Assembly: GCA_965153355.1 (NCBI GenBank)
Contig: OZ231126.1
Coordinates: 21,390,001-21,454,000, forward strand
DNA: 64,000 bases
Reading direction: 5' to 3'
DNA from: Flaccisagitta enflata
Lineage: Eukaryota
The position numbers and the translations under genes are program-made. Position 1 is the stretch's first letter. Each line of letters opens with the position of its first letter. The notes beneath the pieces are model-generated. The model made no database searches. It was not told the origin of the DNA and worked only from the letters and a program-made list of their open reading frames with translations. This document shows, piece after piece, positions 24,925-40,758 of the stretch.

Positions 24925-25877
24925 CCATGGCGTCAATAAAAATGGCCGCCATGTTCAATTTGCTGCTGTGAGTTCAATTTTTGGACTAGCTTCATAAGTT
25001 TTGAGATGGTGATAATATTTTGAATTTCTGACTTAGCAAAAAAATCAGAATTCAAAAAAGTTAATTTTTGTGTCCGCAGCATTAATTTTTGTGAACAGTA
25101 TTCTAAGCCAAATTGATCAATAACTTAATACAATGATTCTTTTTAGAACTTTAAAAAATGACTTTTTTTTCATCATTGCATTTGAATTTTTCAAAGATGA
25201 AGAAATTATAAATGATATTTGACCCAGCAAAAAAATCAGAACTCAAAAAAGTTAATTTTTGTGGTCACAGTGATGATTTTGAAACAAGGGAGTAAAATCA
25301 GTTTTTGATCAAAATTTTTTACTAACTTCAATTTTTTACAGTGAGCTCATTTTTTCAACCAATCTCTCAATGTTTTAGGTGAAAATAGTTCATCCAATTT
25401 TCGACTCAACAAAAAAATCAGAACTTAAAAATGTTTATTTTTGCACTACTTTTTGTTGATTTTACTGAAAATGTGCAAAATCATCTCTTAAACACCTGTC
25501 GTCCCACCTCTTTAATGAAATAATTTCTTTGAAACAGGGGCAATTTTTTTCAAGTGTGTGATAGTTTTACAATTTATTGACCTGCTGCAAAAATCAGAAC
25601 TCGAAAAAAATGTATTTTTGTGCCTGTGGCATGTGTTTTTGTGAAACATTACAAAAACCAAAAAATGCAAAAAAAAAAGTGATTTGGCAGTTCATATTTG
25701 GATGCCTTTCACAAAAATTGATGCCACGGGCACATTTGTAGACTTTTTTGAGTTCTGATTCTTTCTCTGAGCCAGAAATATGGAGTTCTATTACCACCTA
25801 GAAAATTTTGAGGCTAGTCAAAAAATTGAACTCAGGGGAGGGGTTTGAATAGGCGGCCAATTTTATTGACGCCATGG
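24925..25877. mobile_element. piggyBac-like MITE (953 bp)
   Basis: TIR CCATGGCGTCAATAAAA(A/T)TGGCCGCC at both ends; flanks ATAA and TTAA; internal repeats of AAAAAATCAGAACTCAAAAAAG. Confidence 0.8.
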
Positions 25878-28258
25878 TTAAAATGTTAACTCCCTCCCCC
25901 TTCCACGCATCCTCCCCAACACACACACCCCTAGCCTCCCCTCACCCCTCCTCTCGCCTCCCCACCCCCCACACCTCCTTCCTTTGCCTCTCCACCATAC
26001 CATACCTCCCCACCCCCCACTTCTCCCCACCCCCACGCCTCCACCACCAACGCCTCCCGACCCTCCTACACCTCCTCCCAATGAAGAGACACGAAGGGAC
26101 ATGGAGAGACCTTAAGAAACATGAAGAGACAAAAGGAAACAAGAGGAGACCGGAGAGACATAGGATACATGAATAGACATGAAGAGACATGAAGAGACAT
26201 AAAGAGACATGAAGAGGCATAAGAGACATATGAGACATTAGTGACAGGCGAGACATGAGAGCGATAAAAGGCGTTACCTTCCTGCCTACCTACCTACGGA
26301 CAGAGCCTCTTATAGAGATGCGAGGACGCATCTAAAAAGTCCTGGAGAGGAGCTGGACAAAAGGGAACTAGCTACTAGGATGGACGTTTGGTTGAGCAGG
26401 GGCAAAGACCAAAATGGCCTGCAAAGAAACCAGACAATGGGAGTTGGCCAAGTGGTAAGTAGGACGAATCTTATTGTCGAGTTGATCGTGCATGTTGGGC
26501 AGGGCCAGGGGCAAGAGCAGGGCAAAAGGGTAATTAATGAACTTCCTTCAAAGTGCCACTACTTGAAAAGCAAGCTTCGTCAAAGAAAGAATATTAAGTA
26601 AACAACCAGATAGATTAGTCACGTGAATACCCTGAGTTCAAACCTTAATTTGCATAATGCAGCAAAAGCGACTTCATTAATTAGATGAACTAACTTTCAA
26701 CCCAATTGCCGATTATCACTGTATTTTCGAGGGTGATCGATAGTTCTTAAACTAATGACAAGAAAAAAATCAATTTCATGTTTGATTGTCATTTACGTAG
26801 CTTTGAAAGTTATTCCGGTCTGAGACGGTTCAAATCTGTCTCGATGCCATATTCATCCTTAAGTAACCAATGAAGTTGAAATAATGTCTTTTTGGTTGGT
26901 TGGTTGGATAGTAGCTCCAAAAGTCATCTGACCTCGGGGTTCTGGCGGGTAACTAGCGATTTTGTCGCTAGTTCTAGCGAATCTACAGGCCTCCTAGCTA
27001 TGAAATTTTGGAACTTAGTTACCAGCTAATATTTAGCGATTTTTTGAGTCATCTAGCTAATTCTAAAAAAAAATTCTAGGTATTTCTAGCTAATCAAAGC
27101 TATTTTCCAAAAAAAGACTTTTATTATTTTTCCTTTTTTCTACTCTGACCTTCAGTTGTTAATTATGTGATGACTAGATTATGAAATTTTTGAACCTGTT
27201 TGTTACCATTTTGACTTAAAGCAGTAATTTTTGCTAGTCAATGACTAGTGGTTGTGAAAGGCTGGATATCTTCAATGGTATATATGAGGGATACACAAAT
27301 ATCAGAGACATGAAGAGAAATGAAGAAAAAGCCCTAACAATTGCGTTTAGAAATTTTCGCGTTGCCTTCCTACCTACCTACCTACGGACAGAGCCTCTTA
27401 TAGAGATGCGAGGACGCATCTAAAAACTTAACACAATTTAAGACCATTTGCCGTGATTTCACGTTTTAGGTCGCTTAAACAAGTAAAATCTCATCAACTT
27501 TCCAAGGGGATTTTTCTCGTTCTCCTTCTGCCTCTGCTCATGTACCAACCGTCCATCCCATATTCCCGTTAACCGTTTTCCGTCATGATCGACCCAGCGT
27601 TATTGCCAGGTTTGTCGTATCTTATTTGCTGTTGAAAAAGGCGGCTTCTCTTTGCCTTCTCTTCTCGCGTGCCCTAACCTTGCATATTTTTGGCTCGCGG
27701 GAAGAAATCTTACTGACTGAAGCCAAAGAGGAAAAAAAGTAACAGCTAAAGTTGGATAAATTAGTGTGAATTAGTCAAACATCAGTGTGGCAGATTTTTG
27801 AACATAACTTTTGTGCCCGTGGACTTCCAGAAGCAACCATAACCGATTGGATTTGCATTCAACCAATACATGATGAAGCATTATTGAGAACGCCTAGTCC
27901 ATTGGTGATGTTCTAAGGAAACAAATGTGATGAAAAAAAAGTCAACATAGATCTACTTTAAATAAACATTATTATACCCAAAAAAAAACAAGTACATACC
28001 ATTTACCAGCAAACAAGCAGAAATTCATTCCAGATTACATACCTGAGAGGTCTAAGTCAACCCCTTCTAACAGTGCGACCAAATTAGTTAAAATGTGTAA
28101 CGTTAGCTAACCATTCAACTTATCATTTCTTTGCTGAAACCTGATAAAAGAAAATATAACGATAATGTGTAATCGCTGGTGCCAGAGGAAATTAATTAGA
28201 CCGTGACTAATCCAGCTTCATTGTTCGTCTTAATTGCGTGAGGCGTAGGAGATGGCGC

Positions 28259-28359
<101 letters not shown>

Positions 28360-28512
28360 TCCCAGCGATAATTTACTTCTCTTTGTTGGTTTTTTAATTC
28401 CCGCCGGTTCTCATTTAACTCAGAGCAGAAATTTATAGTCTAGGCACATCTAGGGGTATGAATCATGTGAAAGCCTTCTATTCCTCTGATAAGCTTAGGA
28501 TGGAATGAAGGG

Positions 28513-28564
<52 letters not shown>

Positions 28565-28679
28565 GTAGAGAGACAGGCAGGCGGTCCTGTAGACAGGGGA
28601 ATAGGAGGATTCTTGCATTTTGCATGCATGCGTGACTGACTGCCTTCTAGTCTTTGATCTGTATCCGCACCTCAGGTAC

Positions 28680-28740
<61 letters not shown>

Positions 28741-28982
28741 ATCTTTTTTTTTTTTGCCTCCATTTCTCTTGCCTCGTCTCTCTTTCCTGTCAAGCTTCTG
28801 CCGCGGCAGAGGCGGAAAATCAAGAAAAATTGTTTTCTCGTCCGCGATGCAATCTTGAAAGGAAAAACGGAAAACGGAAAAAGCAAAAACGAACCAAAAA
28901 AGAAAAAAAAAACAAGAAGAAAAGAAAAAAAGAAAAATAATGGAGATGAAACGGAAGGAAGGGGGGAAGGCATCAGATATCT

Positions 28983-29072
<90 letters not shown>

Positions 29073-29835
29073 GGAAATACGAAAGTTACTGCGTTTCAGA
29101 TTAAATAAGCAAGCAAAATGGGAAAAAAGAATGAGATTCAGGAAAACAAAACAAAATAGAAGTCATGTTTGTGTTCGAGTGGAATATCTGCGAGCTCTAA
29201 AGGGTAGACTTGTTTTTTTCTTCCATGGCTCTCAAGTAAGTCTCATAAACAATACTCAAAGCAAACAGTTGGTATCATAAACGCCAATTTTGTAAAACCG
29301 GTTAACTGCGATTCATCATTGGTGCTAATCTTGTCTATTCTTCTTAGATTCACAGTGATAATCCAAGTCTAACTGTCTCAATGAAGCAGTTACGGATAAC
29401 CATCATGCATCATGTCGTTCATTGTACTTTCCCTTCTTTCCCTCTTTCCCTCTTTCTTATTCATGGATATTCGTTTCCCTGTGATAGCTCATCACCTTAT
29501 TTCAAATTGCCACTTCTTAATGTATTGCTCACTTACCTAATCTCACCCCATTCTTGATTTCCCGTTTTCATTTTGCTCATACTGACCGCATCTTCTCACT
29601 CCCTCACTTGCATCCTTCTTCCACTCACCGCTTAACTTCTGACTGCCTATACCCCTCCATATGTTTTTCCTACTTATCATTCCAGTTACTAAATTTGTAA
29701 AGTTCCCATTTACCAACTCCTGCTTTCCCTACTTCACTCTTTCCACCTTTCCCAATTTACACCCCTCTTCCTAACCCCCCCCCCTTCCCCCGTCCAGTGG
29801 TCCTAAACTTTTTATGTCCCTTGCTTGTGTCCCTG

Positions 29836-29900
<65 letters not shown>

Positions 29901-30699
29901 TCCCCACTCTCCAGCTTCCCTCCCCCCACGTCCTCGCCAGATATTCATCTCATTTGTTCTGCGTTTGCATTCGCTCCGCTTTTGCTTATTTTTAGCCTTC
30001 GAATTCTCAGCGGGACTTAATGAGGAGAAGCGAGGAGAAATGAGGAGAATATGTCGCCTACTTCTGCCTCATTACCCCGAGTTTGCCCCAGTGCAGCGCA
30101 AAAGCGAAAATTATCATCATCAAGCAGAAATGTTTTTTTCCACAACGGTTCTAACCCTAACCTCAAAAGGCAGCAACGGTGAAAACTGTCTTGACCGCAT
30201 TCTTATCCATGCATCACCATCTCATCCCCCTCCCCTCCTCCCATTTTCATTATAGTCGCGTACTCCGCGGCTCCACAAACCACTCTTTAGTCAGTCCGTC
30301 AGTCGGATATGCGGTGCGTTGGTCACGAACATGGCAAGCGAGTAGCAGGTTTTCGCAATATTCTTTTTTTAGCAAACCAGGTATGTGTCGCAACATAACT
30401 GAAGTTCCATGCAATCATCCACCCCTTCTTTTCTCATCCTTATCTTTTGTCAGCGTTCAAACAAACTCTCTTGCTATCATCACTAGTATTGATTCACTAC
30501 TGACCCTTCCTCACAATATTTCCTTTCGTCAATAAGAACTGCACCTGTCAGTTTTGCTGATTCGCCTCTACTCCATGACATCACCGTGAAAGCAATGTGC
30601 CATCGGCATCGCCTCTGTCGCGGCGATGTGCGATGTGCATCATGGATCGGTGGACTAGTTGACAATGACGACTTGACGTGAAGGCATCCTTGTGTACTC

Positions 30700-31260
30700 T
30701 TCCGCTCTCCCAACTCGTTCCGGGCCGACGACCACACCCGATATGCAATGGCATTTTTCCATCAGATACCCGTCGCGCCGATGCCTTCCTGCCCACAAAA
30801 ACTAAAGTCAGACTCATCATTCATTCAGACTTTTTTTCTAATTTTGTGCCGACCTCCATGATGCATGTTCCAGTGGATGCACCAGGACATGATGCATCGC
30901 GCACAGAATTGATTACCTCTCGAGTACCGCGGCAACCACTACTCCCTAGCACTCTCCCACTTGGTCGAAAAAACGATAATCCACGGACCATTATGCATCA
31001 ATAAACTCAAGAGATTCATATCACCCTCTTCGACCGCCTAAATCATTATCCACTCCCACAGAAACTGCTTTTAACATCATTCTTCTTACGCCTCTCCCAC
31101 GGTGGGATTCCCACCCAAATGGTCACCCAACTCTAAGCTCGTGCTTTACCGAAATTATTACAACCTCCGCTTTAACGACCTTCCCACAGTCTGGTGAGTT
31201 TCGTGCCCGACGACTCTTCCCATCTCTTTACCAAACGTGTCAAATGCTGATGAGGCCCCT
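30700..31260 (+). mobile_element. Possible highly degenerate Penelope-like (GIY-YIG) remnant
   Basis: Broken frames give HQIP...CP.K..SQT, HRIDY and LVEKTIIH.PLCINK, followed by CTGATGAGGCCC (a partial hammerhead-like core with no downstream GAAA seen). Confidence 0.3.
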
Positions 31261-31405
31261 CCAGCACCCGTTTAAGTCCGGTGGTTTGTGATGGTGGTTG
31301 GTAAATCCTTTTATTCAACACTGAAAGACACGCTGATCAACTTGCAGTACAATGAAACAAAAATAATGGACAGATACACTGACGCTGCTCTACCCATCTT
31401 CTCTT

Positions 31406-31439
<34 letters not shown>

Positions 31440-32231
31440 CCTCTCTCTCTCTTTTTTTTCTTTCTCTTACTTTCTCTCCTTGCCAATTCCCAAGTATAGT
31501 GAGATCACCGGCTTAACGCGTTTCCCCCGTATGATCTTATCGTCGTTCATATTCATACATCCGTTGGGTTTTCCCTAGACTGCTCGGCGCTTGCGCATCT
31601 CCCTTACAATCCGTTCTTTCCCAAACCGATTTCAGGGCATTCAATTCATTCATATGCAAAACGCTTTTTTCCCCTTAATTTTTCTTAATGTCTGACGTTC
31701 TCCAAATCCTCCTTTTCTCCTTCCATTTGCTAAGTTGCTGCACGTTTTTTCTCATTTCTTTGTGGCGTTTACGCACCGGCTCGAGCCTTTTCAAATGAGG
31801 CGGATTTCTCTCGCTTTCTATGCTTGTACTCGACGTATTTTTGCTTGCCATGTTTACTCTACGTGTTTTAGCTGTGTTTACGCGACTGATGGGGTAGATT
31901 TGTCAGTCCATTTGTTTGTCGATTTGTCTTTGGGTTTTTTTCTTTCGGTCGACTCCGTACAACGGATGCTCAAGATTGCCAACCCATCTTATCTTCCCCG
32001 TCCTGCGACCACTTACATCATACTTAGCTCTGGCCTCTCCCCTCTTCAATACGCTTCTAGGCTACTGAATACCGTGATATACTCCATTCCCCACCCACCT
32101 CCACCCCCCTCTAGACTACCGCAATTTCATCTACCCCCCTCCTCCCTCTCCTTCTTCCTTATCTTTTCCTCGCTCCCTGACTTCGACTCGGTTTTGCTTT
32201 CATTCGCTTCTTTCTATTTTGTAGCGTCACA

Positions 32232-33190
<959 letters not shown>

Positions 33191-33764
33191 ATGAATTGAT
33201 GATGCTAATTGATGAATTGATGATGGTGATGATTCAAAACTCCTTTATTATGCCATGATCTTTTGTTGCCTAACTCATTTCTGCTTTGACTTCTTATGTT
33301 TGTTTGAATGTTTAAGCTCTTAACTCAGCAGTTATTGAGTCTTGTATTGCTTTCGTCACTCCCTCTGTGGCCATATCCGACCTCTCTTTCACGTTTTTTT
33401 TCCTCATGTACTTAAAGTTTCTTTTCATTTCTCAACTTACTTCTTTCATTTCTTTCATTTCTCAACTTACTTCTTTTCATTTCACAACTAACGTTTCTCT
33501 CTCTCTGCTTCAACAATCTAACTTTCTGTTGATTGGATTTTGTATGTCTATCTTGTTTTGCAAATGACGTGTCTTAACGAGTTGTAGCTTGTATGTTCAA
33601 AGTTGTAGCTTTTATGTTCGAAGTCCATACGTGCTGTTTTTGTTTTCATTACAGTGCTCCCAAAGTACGACCTCGCTGCCTTCTCAGTGTCTTTCTAATA
33701 TTGCCAGGATGCCTCCTCAGTTCTTTTTTCCCTTCTACCTCCTAAGTGTATGCACACTACACCG

Positions 33765-34335
33765 TTCCTCCTCAACATCCACCTGGTGCCTTCTTGATAT
33801 CATCACTGGTGCCTTCTTGGTGCCTCAACATTGCTTCTCTCTGTTGCCTCCCCAACACCCTCTTGGGGCCTCATCGGTGCCTTCTTGGTGCCTATTTGAT
33901 ACCTATCTCTATTGCCTCCTCAACAACCACCTGGTGTCTGCCTGATATCATCATCGGTGCCTACTTGGTGCCTCCATGGTATTGCCTATTGCCTATTGTC
34001 TCCTCAACTTCCACCTGGTGCCTTCTGATATCATCATTGGTGCTTACTTGGTGCCTCCACGATAGCCCTCTCTTTTGCCTCCTTAACGTCCTCTTGGTTC
34101 CTCATCGATGCCTACTTGTTGCCTTCTTGATACCTCTCTCTATTACCGCCTCAACACACTCTAGGCGCCTCATTGGTGCCTACTTGTTGCCTCCACGTTG
34201 CCTTTCTCTATTGCCTCCTCAACGTCCTCCTGTTGTCTGCCTGATATCATCATCGGTGACTCCTTGGTGCCTCCACGGTGCCTCTCGCTATTGCCTCCCC
34301 GACATCCTCTAGGTGCCTCGTCAATACCTCCTCTT
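33765..34335. repeat. Degenerate minisatellite (~115-bp unit; CTCCTCAACATCCACCTGGTGCCTTCTTGATATCATCA...)
   Basis: Recurrent TGATATCATCA and GGTGCCT blocks. Confidence 0.8.
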
Positions 34336-35091
34336 TGCCTCCTCTTTGCCTTTGTGCGTTTCTTTCTTTTCTCAGGCGTAACCTCATTTTGCGATGGAGA
34401 GGCAGAAAAAAAAACGCAGAGTCGGCGAAACGAGAAAGCACTGATGTCATAGCATCCCAGGAGAGACAAAGGAGGCGGCAGGACGGCGAGAAGGAGGAGA
34501 AGGAGAAGGAGAAGGAGGAGAAGGAGAAGGAGGAGGAAGATGAGGAGGAAGACAGAAGAGGCGGCGTTGGAGTGGTCGGTTAAAGTGAAGAAGAGAAAGA
34601 AAGTGCAATAATAATCAGTTTTAAAGGCCATTTCGGTCATGGTAAGTGTATTTTATGACGTCTTTCGTCGAAATTCATTACATCTGCTTCAGTCCCAACC
34701 GGGTTTTTCTTTTTAAAAAAGTTTAAGTTTTACGTGGTTCTCTCATATTTTTGTAAAGCACGGTTGTTTGCGCTTAGTCCTTTTATTCTGTAAATGCAGA
34801 TTTCTACTGTACTGTAAATACTGGCCGGCCTGCGATTTACAATATTTAAAGAATTAAGAAATGTTAAGTACTCATGAAGAATAATTTACGGACGGGCCAG
34901 TCGACAAAGTTACGCTTACAAGGTCGAGGGCACTAAACTCAAGCCTAACTGGCCAAAAGTGAAATTTGATAATCTTGTTGAGCGCTATCATTGATAACTA
35001 GCAATATTCATCTTAAAATTTATTCTTTATAATTATAGACAAAATGTCAGTTCCAGTCGACAGAAAGCGTGGGAACAACATTTTCTACATT

Positions 35092-35244
<153 letters not shown>

Positions 35245-35648
35245 TGAACAGCAACAACAACATACGCGTGATGACGTTGATGATCCGCGCGAGAACGGAT
35301 GATGGAAAGACGCGACGTCGTTTGTCCTTTTGTCTGCTTCAATTTCGCGATGGTCAAATGACTGGTCAAAACCACAACAACGATGATGACGATAACGACG
35401 ATGTCGACGATGACGATAACAACGACAACGACGATGGTAACGACGATAACAACGACAACGAAGATGGTAACGACATGGACAACAACTCGAATTTTGTCAC
35501 GTGACGGCTGAGTTGACCGGCGGAACCTTTGAAGGCAAACTGCGAGGTCATGAGGATGATCATCGAATGATCATTATGGACATTTCATTTAGATGAAGTC
35601 AGCACAAACTCATGTCCTTCCTCGCTTTTGCCCCTTTTGCCCGTGACC

Positions 35649-35812
<164 letters not shown>

Positions 35813-37815
35813 TTAGATGTATGTGGAACGATAATGTCATAGTCGACAAGGACGACGATGACAATGATGAACATGTATGTTGTTGACGAACTGAAGAATT
35901 ACGACAAAAGTGATGACGGAATGAAAAGAGAATAAGCATAATCAAAATGGAGTGAAAAAGGCATGTGATGACAGAAAGTGACACAAATAAAGGATCAGGA
36001 TCATAGGAATGTTCACGACAAATTAAATGTATTTAATAATCACCTGCCTTGGTGGGAAAAATCTTGATTAAGTTTACGGATGTTATGAGCATATTACAAT
36101 GGGAAGATCAGATAGGTATGAGGAATGCATGATCGCTATTCAGCACACAAATCTGGTACTCTTTCTTTTCACTTGCACATTACATGAATACATGTAGCTG
36201 ACAATTATTTGTTTTTCTTGCTGTTAATTTGTACCTGTTGAGCCGCTCCTTGGTAAGGGTTAAGATGGAGTTTGATAATTAATTCTAAGGATAGCTGTGA
36301 GGGGTGCGCATTAAACACCATAAGAGCTCCCAAGGCTCTTGTCCTTATTCTAATTTTTAGTCGCGGACACGCGACTCTACACCTTGCTGTGTCGCTCGGT
36401 CGGTAGGTCGGTCGGTATGTTGGTCGGTATGTCGGACACACCTTTGGATTCCGGGCGGTTTTCGCATTAGTGCTCCTGCCCAACCGTCCGCGACTGTCTT
36501 GCCGTGTATCCGGCCTTGTTAAGTTGTAATGTAACGTTACCCAAGTCATATGAATGTTTTAACTACCTCACAGTGAAATGATCTACATTTCGTATACAAG
36601 CACGAGTACTATCGTCTATCGTCCAACTCGGTGCCTCGTCCGCGGGGTATCATCTGTCAAAATTCAAATAGCATCGGAAACAGCAGATTTGGAAGAGGCG
36701 TAATGGACAAAAGGACGGCTAAACGGACGGACAGACTCTCTTATCGAGATGCGATGACGCATGTTCAAAACAAAAGATGAATTATGTAATAATCATAATC
36801 AATGTATTTGATGTCGGCGGAACGGCAAATGGTAACGTAAAAGTGAAGCGTCGAGAAATGCTGCAAAATTGCAAGCAAACGCAGAAAAAAAGAGAAAAAA
36901 CTGAGATTTTGCTCGAAACGAAGACATCATTTTTGGGGTCAAAAAGGTCGTTGGAAATGTGAGGAGGTCAGAGAAATGTTGGGAAAGGTCGAAAAGGGAC
37001 AAAAAGGTCATGGACTCGCGCCAGGTACTAATGGCAAGGCAAATAAACCGCGCACTAACAAAATAAGGAACAAGGCTGGATACACGGCTACCGAAGTCGC
37101 GTGCGGGTGGGCAGGGGCCATATTTGAGGTCGCCAGACCAGGTCAAAGAAATTAAATCATAAAAAACTAAAGTGTGACCGACCGACCGACCGACCGACCG
37201 ACCGACCGACTGACCAACCGACCAACCGACGGACAAAGCGGGTTGTAGAGTCGCGTGCACGCGACTAAAAAGAACTCAAGTTGCCACGTTTAAAACTATT
37301 TACAACAAAATAACACGATCATTGAGATTTATATCGATACTGGTGTATCATGTATCATGTTTCCGCAATTTTTAAGGAGCCTTGAGAGATATTCGGGTGG
37401 TCAAATGCACGACTTAGACAATTTCTTCATCTGTCTGTCTCTAGCAATCTCGTCGTCTGCCGTTTCGTCTATCGATGACTTTGATCATCTCTCTGCTGTC
37501 TGTAAGATTATCTGAAAGTGTCTCTCCCTCTCTCTCTCTCTCTCTCTCCTTTTTTTGTGTGAGAGCGTAGAATTCATATCATGGGATCGCATGATCTGCG
37601 ATTGACAGTTCATACTTAGGGGTAGCGATTGATCGAGATACTTTTGGCGAGAAATGACCAAATGGATCATACAATATTCTACAGAATTCTTATTTCCTTC
37701 TCTACCGACGATAATCGCAATTTAGTAAACCATCTAAAAAAAAAAGACAAAAAAAGCCTGATATAATCGAATTCTCATCCAGATACCCTTTCATATCTCT
37801 CTCGTCAAAGACGTC

Positions 37816-39576
37816 ATGATGTCAAATGCATCAGTTATACGTTATTCTCAGTATGAAATAGTGGATGAAAAACCGCCGCAAGATGAAGAAATGACAAGCG
37901 CACTAATAGATGAAAAAACGTCGTTGGAGGAAAAAATGTTGCCAGATAAAGATACAAGTGAACAAAGGGATGAAAAAGTTTTGTTGGATGACAATGTAAC
38001 AAGTCCACAAAGGGAGGAAAAAACTTCGTTAGATGACGATGTAACAAGTCCACAAACGTGGTTAGATGAAGATAAAACAAATGCACAAAGAGTTGTAGGA
38101 CTTTCGTCGGACATTCCAAACCAAAACCACGCGGCGAAGAAAAAAAATGAATGCAAGATATGCCTCTCTTCATTTCCTTCTCCTGTCTTTTTGGTAAGAC
38201 ACATGAGATGTCACACTGGGGAAAAACCCTTTACATGTGATTTGTGTCCAAAAGCTTATGCACAGCGCAGTGCACTAAATGCGCATCTGAGGATCCATAA
38301 CAACGAAAAACGATTTAAGTGCGAGATCTGCCAATCATCTTTTACATATAAACCCTCCTACGACAAACACATGAGGGCGCATGCTGGAATCAAACCCTTT
38401 AAATGTGATCTCTGTCCGAAGGCTTTTTCAAGTCATAGTGATTTGAGCGCTCATAAACGGGTCCACACCGATGAATGGCCCTTTATATGTGAGATTTGCC
38501 AAAAAGCTTTCAAGAGGAGTTGCAGTATGAAGAAACACAAGAAAACTCACACTGGAGGACAGGAGAGAAACCATCAATGCAAGCATTGTCTTCAATATTT
38601 TCAAACATCCAGCAATCTGAAAAATCATCTCAGAGTTCACACGGAAGAAAAACCATTCAAATGTGAAGTCTGTCCGTCAGCCTTTCGACAGAAGACACAC
38701 TTGCAGAATCATATGATAACGCATGATGCCAAAGTAGAGAAGCCACACAAATGCGAGGTGTGTCCATCAACTTTTAGGCAAGAACGAGGTTTGAATAATC
38801 ACATGAAGCGTCACACTGATGAAAAGCGGTACAAATGTGAGGTTTGCCAATCACCTTTTCACACAAATTCCCAATTGAAAGTTCACATGCGGACTCACAC
38901 TGGAGAAAAACCTTATAAATGTCAAGTGTGCCCTAAAGCTTTTTCAAAAAGCGGCCATCTTAGAGAACATATTAAAATTCACACCGGCGAAAAACCACAT
39001 CAGTGCGAAGTTTGTCCATCGGCCTTCGCGCAAAAAGGGGACTTACAAAGACACAAGATGATCCACACGGGGGAAAAACCATTCAAATGTGATATATGTC
39101 CACTTGCCTTTCGTGAAAAGAGACTTTTGACTCGGCACATAAACGTTCACAATGGTTTGAAACCATTCAAATGTGAAAGCTGCTCATTAGCTTTTCCTTC
39201 AAGTGGAGAGTTAAGAATACATCGAAAGAAGCACATTGAAGAGAAAGCTTTTAAATGTACCATCTGCAACAAACATTTCATCACCAGTGATGGATTAAAA
39301 CAACACGAGAGGATTCACAATGGGGAAAAGTCATTTGAATGCGCCGTCTGTTCCGCATCATTTTTAGAAAAAAGCACCTTAACAATACACAAACAGACAC
39401 ATGTCGTAGAAAAACCATTCAAATGCAACATGTGTACATCGGAATTCACTAGACAACCGCTTCTCAAAATGCACATGAAGATTCACAATGAAGAAAAGAC
39501 TCATGAGTGTTCAATCTGTTCTTCAGTTTTTGGACAGTTAAGCAAGTTGAGGGTGCACATGAAAATACACAATTAA
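37816..39576 (+). CDS. C2H2 (Kruppel-type) zinc-finger protein: 17 tandem fingers after an acidic N-terminal region
   Basis: 586-aa ORF with 17 C-x2-C...H-x3-H units and TGEKPF/Y linkers. The true start may lie in an upstream exon (acceptor CTCAG|TAT at 37851/37852). Confidence 0.93.
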   Translation: MMSNASVIRYSQYEIVDEKPPQDEEMTSALIDEKTSLEEKMLPDKDTSEQRDEKVLLDDNVTSPQREEKTSLDDDVTSPQTWLDEDKTNAQRVVGLSSDIPNQNHAAKKKNECKICLSSFPSPVFLVRHMRCHTGEKPFTCDLCPKAYAQRSALNAHLRIHNNEKRFKCEICQSSFTYKPSYDKHMRAHAGIKPFKCDLCPKAFSSHSDLSAHKRVHTDEWPFICEICQKAFKRSCSMKKHKKTHTGGQERNHQCKHCLQYFQTSSNLKNHLRVHTEEKPFKCEVCPSAFRQKTHLQNHMITHDAKVEKPHKCEVCPSTFRQERGLNNHMKRHTDEKRYKCEVCQSPFHTNSQLKVHMRTHTGEKPYKCQVCPKAFSKSGHLREHIKIHTGEKPHQCEVCPSAFAQKGDLQRHKMIHTGEKPFKCDICPLAFREKRLLTRHINVHNGLKPFKCESCSLAFPSSGELRIHRKKHIEEKAFKCTICNKHFITSDGLKQHERIHNGEKSFECAVCSASFLEKSTLTIHKQTHVVEKPFKCNMCTSEFTRQPLLKMHMKIHNEEKTHECSICSSVFGQLSKLRVHMKIHN

Positions 39577-39983
39577 AACTGGGATGTTGATGGTGATTGC
39601 TTCTAAGCTGCAGCGCAGTGGTGAAAGCGTCATGAAAGTCAACCGTTTATGCATCAATGTAAGAATACAAGGGTTGATTGGCAAGATCAGGACTGCTTCA
39701 GAAGGCCCAGCATTTTGCCTAAAACATTTCTATGACTGATTCTTCAGCTGGGTACTGGGTAGTGGTGTCTAAAATTGAGTTGAATCTAGCTTCCCCTAAC
39801 GCATCATTGCATTGATGAAAGGCAAATTGTTCGACTCTTCCTTATAATATCGCATCATATCATTTACAAAGACACTTTCTCAATGCACTGTTTTTTCCCT
39901 CATAGCGAATATTTTCTAGAAGCAAATGTTCTCTTCTTTTTGACTGTCCAGTTATGTAGACATAGCCCTGTCAATGCTTCCTA

Positions 39984-40758
39984 CAGGGTGTTTCAAGTGA
40001 GTTGTAACATAAAAAATCGACATATCTTTGCTTGTAGGAACTCAAATTGATTTCTGAAAAAAGTTCTAAAAAGATCTTGGTCTGCAGTTTTAGCATGCAA
40101 AATTTCATGGTAGTCAGACTACTTATCTACATGCCACATATCTTTGAAGAACATATGTGATATCTGACCTCATTAATTTTTATTTTTGACTCGTTATTGT
40201 ACTTTGGAGTAGCTGTCTTTAATTATGTGCCATTTTTTATCAAATTGAGCCAGAACCATGAGATTGGTCTCAAATGACAGATTATTTGTCATAGATTTAA
40301 GATCTCCTCAAAAATTTGAAAGTTTTTCATTATTTGCGACTTTTTTGATTGAGCTTTTTGAAAATTGCAATTAAAACCTTGATGAGGTTTGACCAAAATC
40401 ATTAAAAAAGTCTTCAAATGTTTAAAGTTTCCCTGATTTCAAAGTAGTTGAGCGATCTATGTTCAAATATCTTTCATTTGAGACCAATCCCAGCATTCTA
40501 GCTCAATTAGTTTAAAAATGGCAAGCAGTTAAAGTAAGCAACTGCTAGGTACATTTATAAAAAAGATGATTTCTCACCAAAAATGGCTGTTCTTTTGATT
40601 TTTCATTGACACACATCTATCAATTACTAAAACTTGAGGTTTGGTATGAAAAAACTGCAGACCAAGATCTTTTTAGAACTTTTTTCAGAAATTAATTTGG
40701 GTTTCTAGAAGCAAAGATATGTCGATTCTTTATGTTAAAACTCACTTGAAACACCCTG
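39984..40758. mobile_element. Tc1/mariner-superfamily MITE (775 bp)
   Basis: TA|CAGGGTGTTTCAAGTGAGTT...AACTCACTTGAAACACCCTG|TA; TIRs over 100 bp. Confidence 0.9.

Noticed and set aside
37835-38640. Antisense ORFs over the ZNF gene
   Set aside because: Shadow ORFs of the real coding strand.
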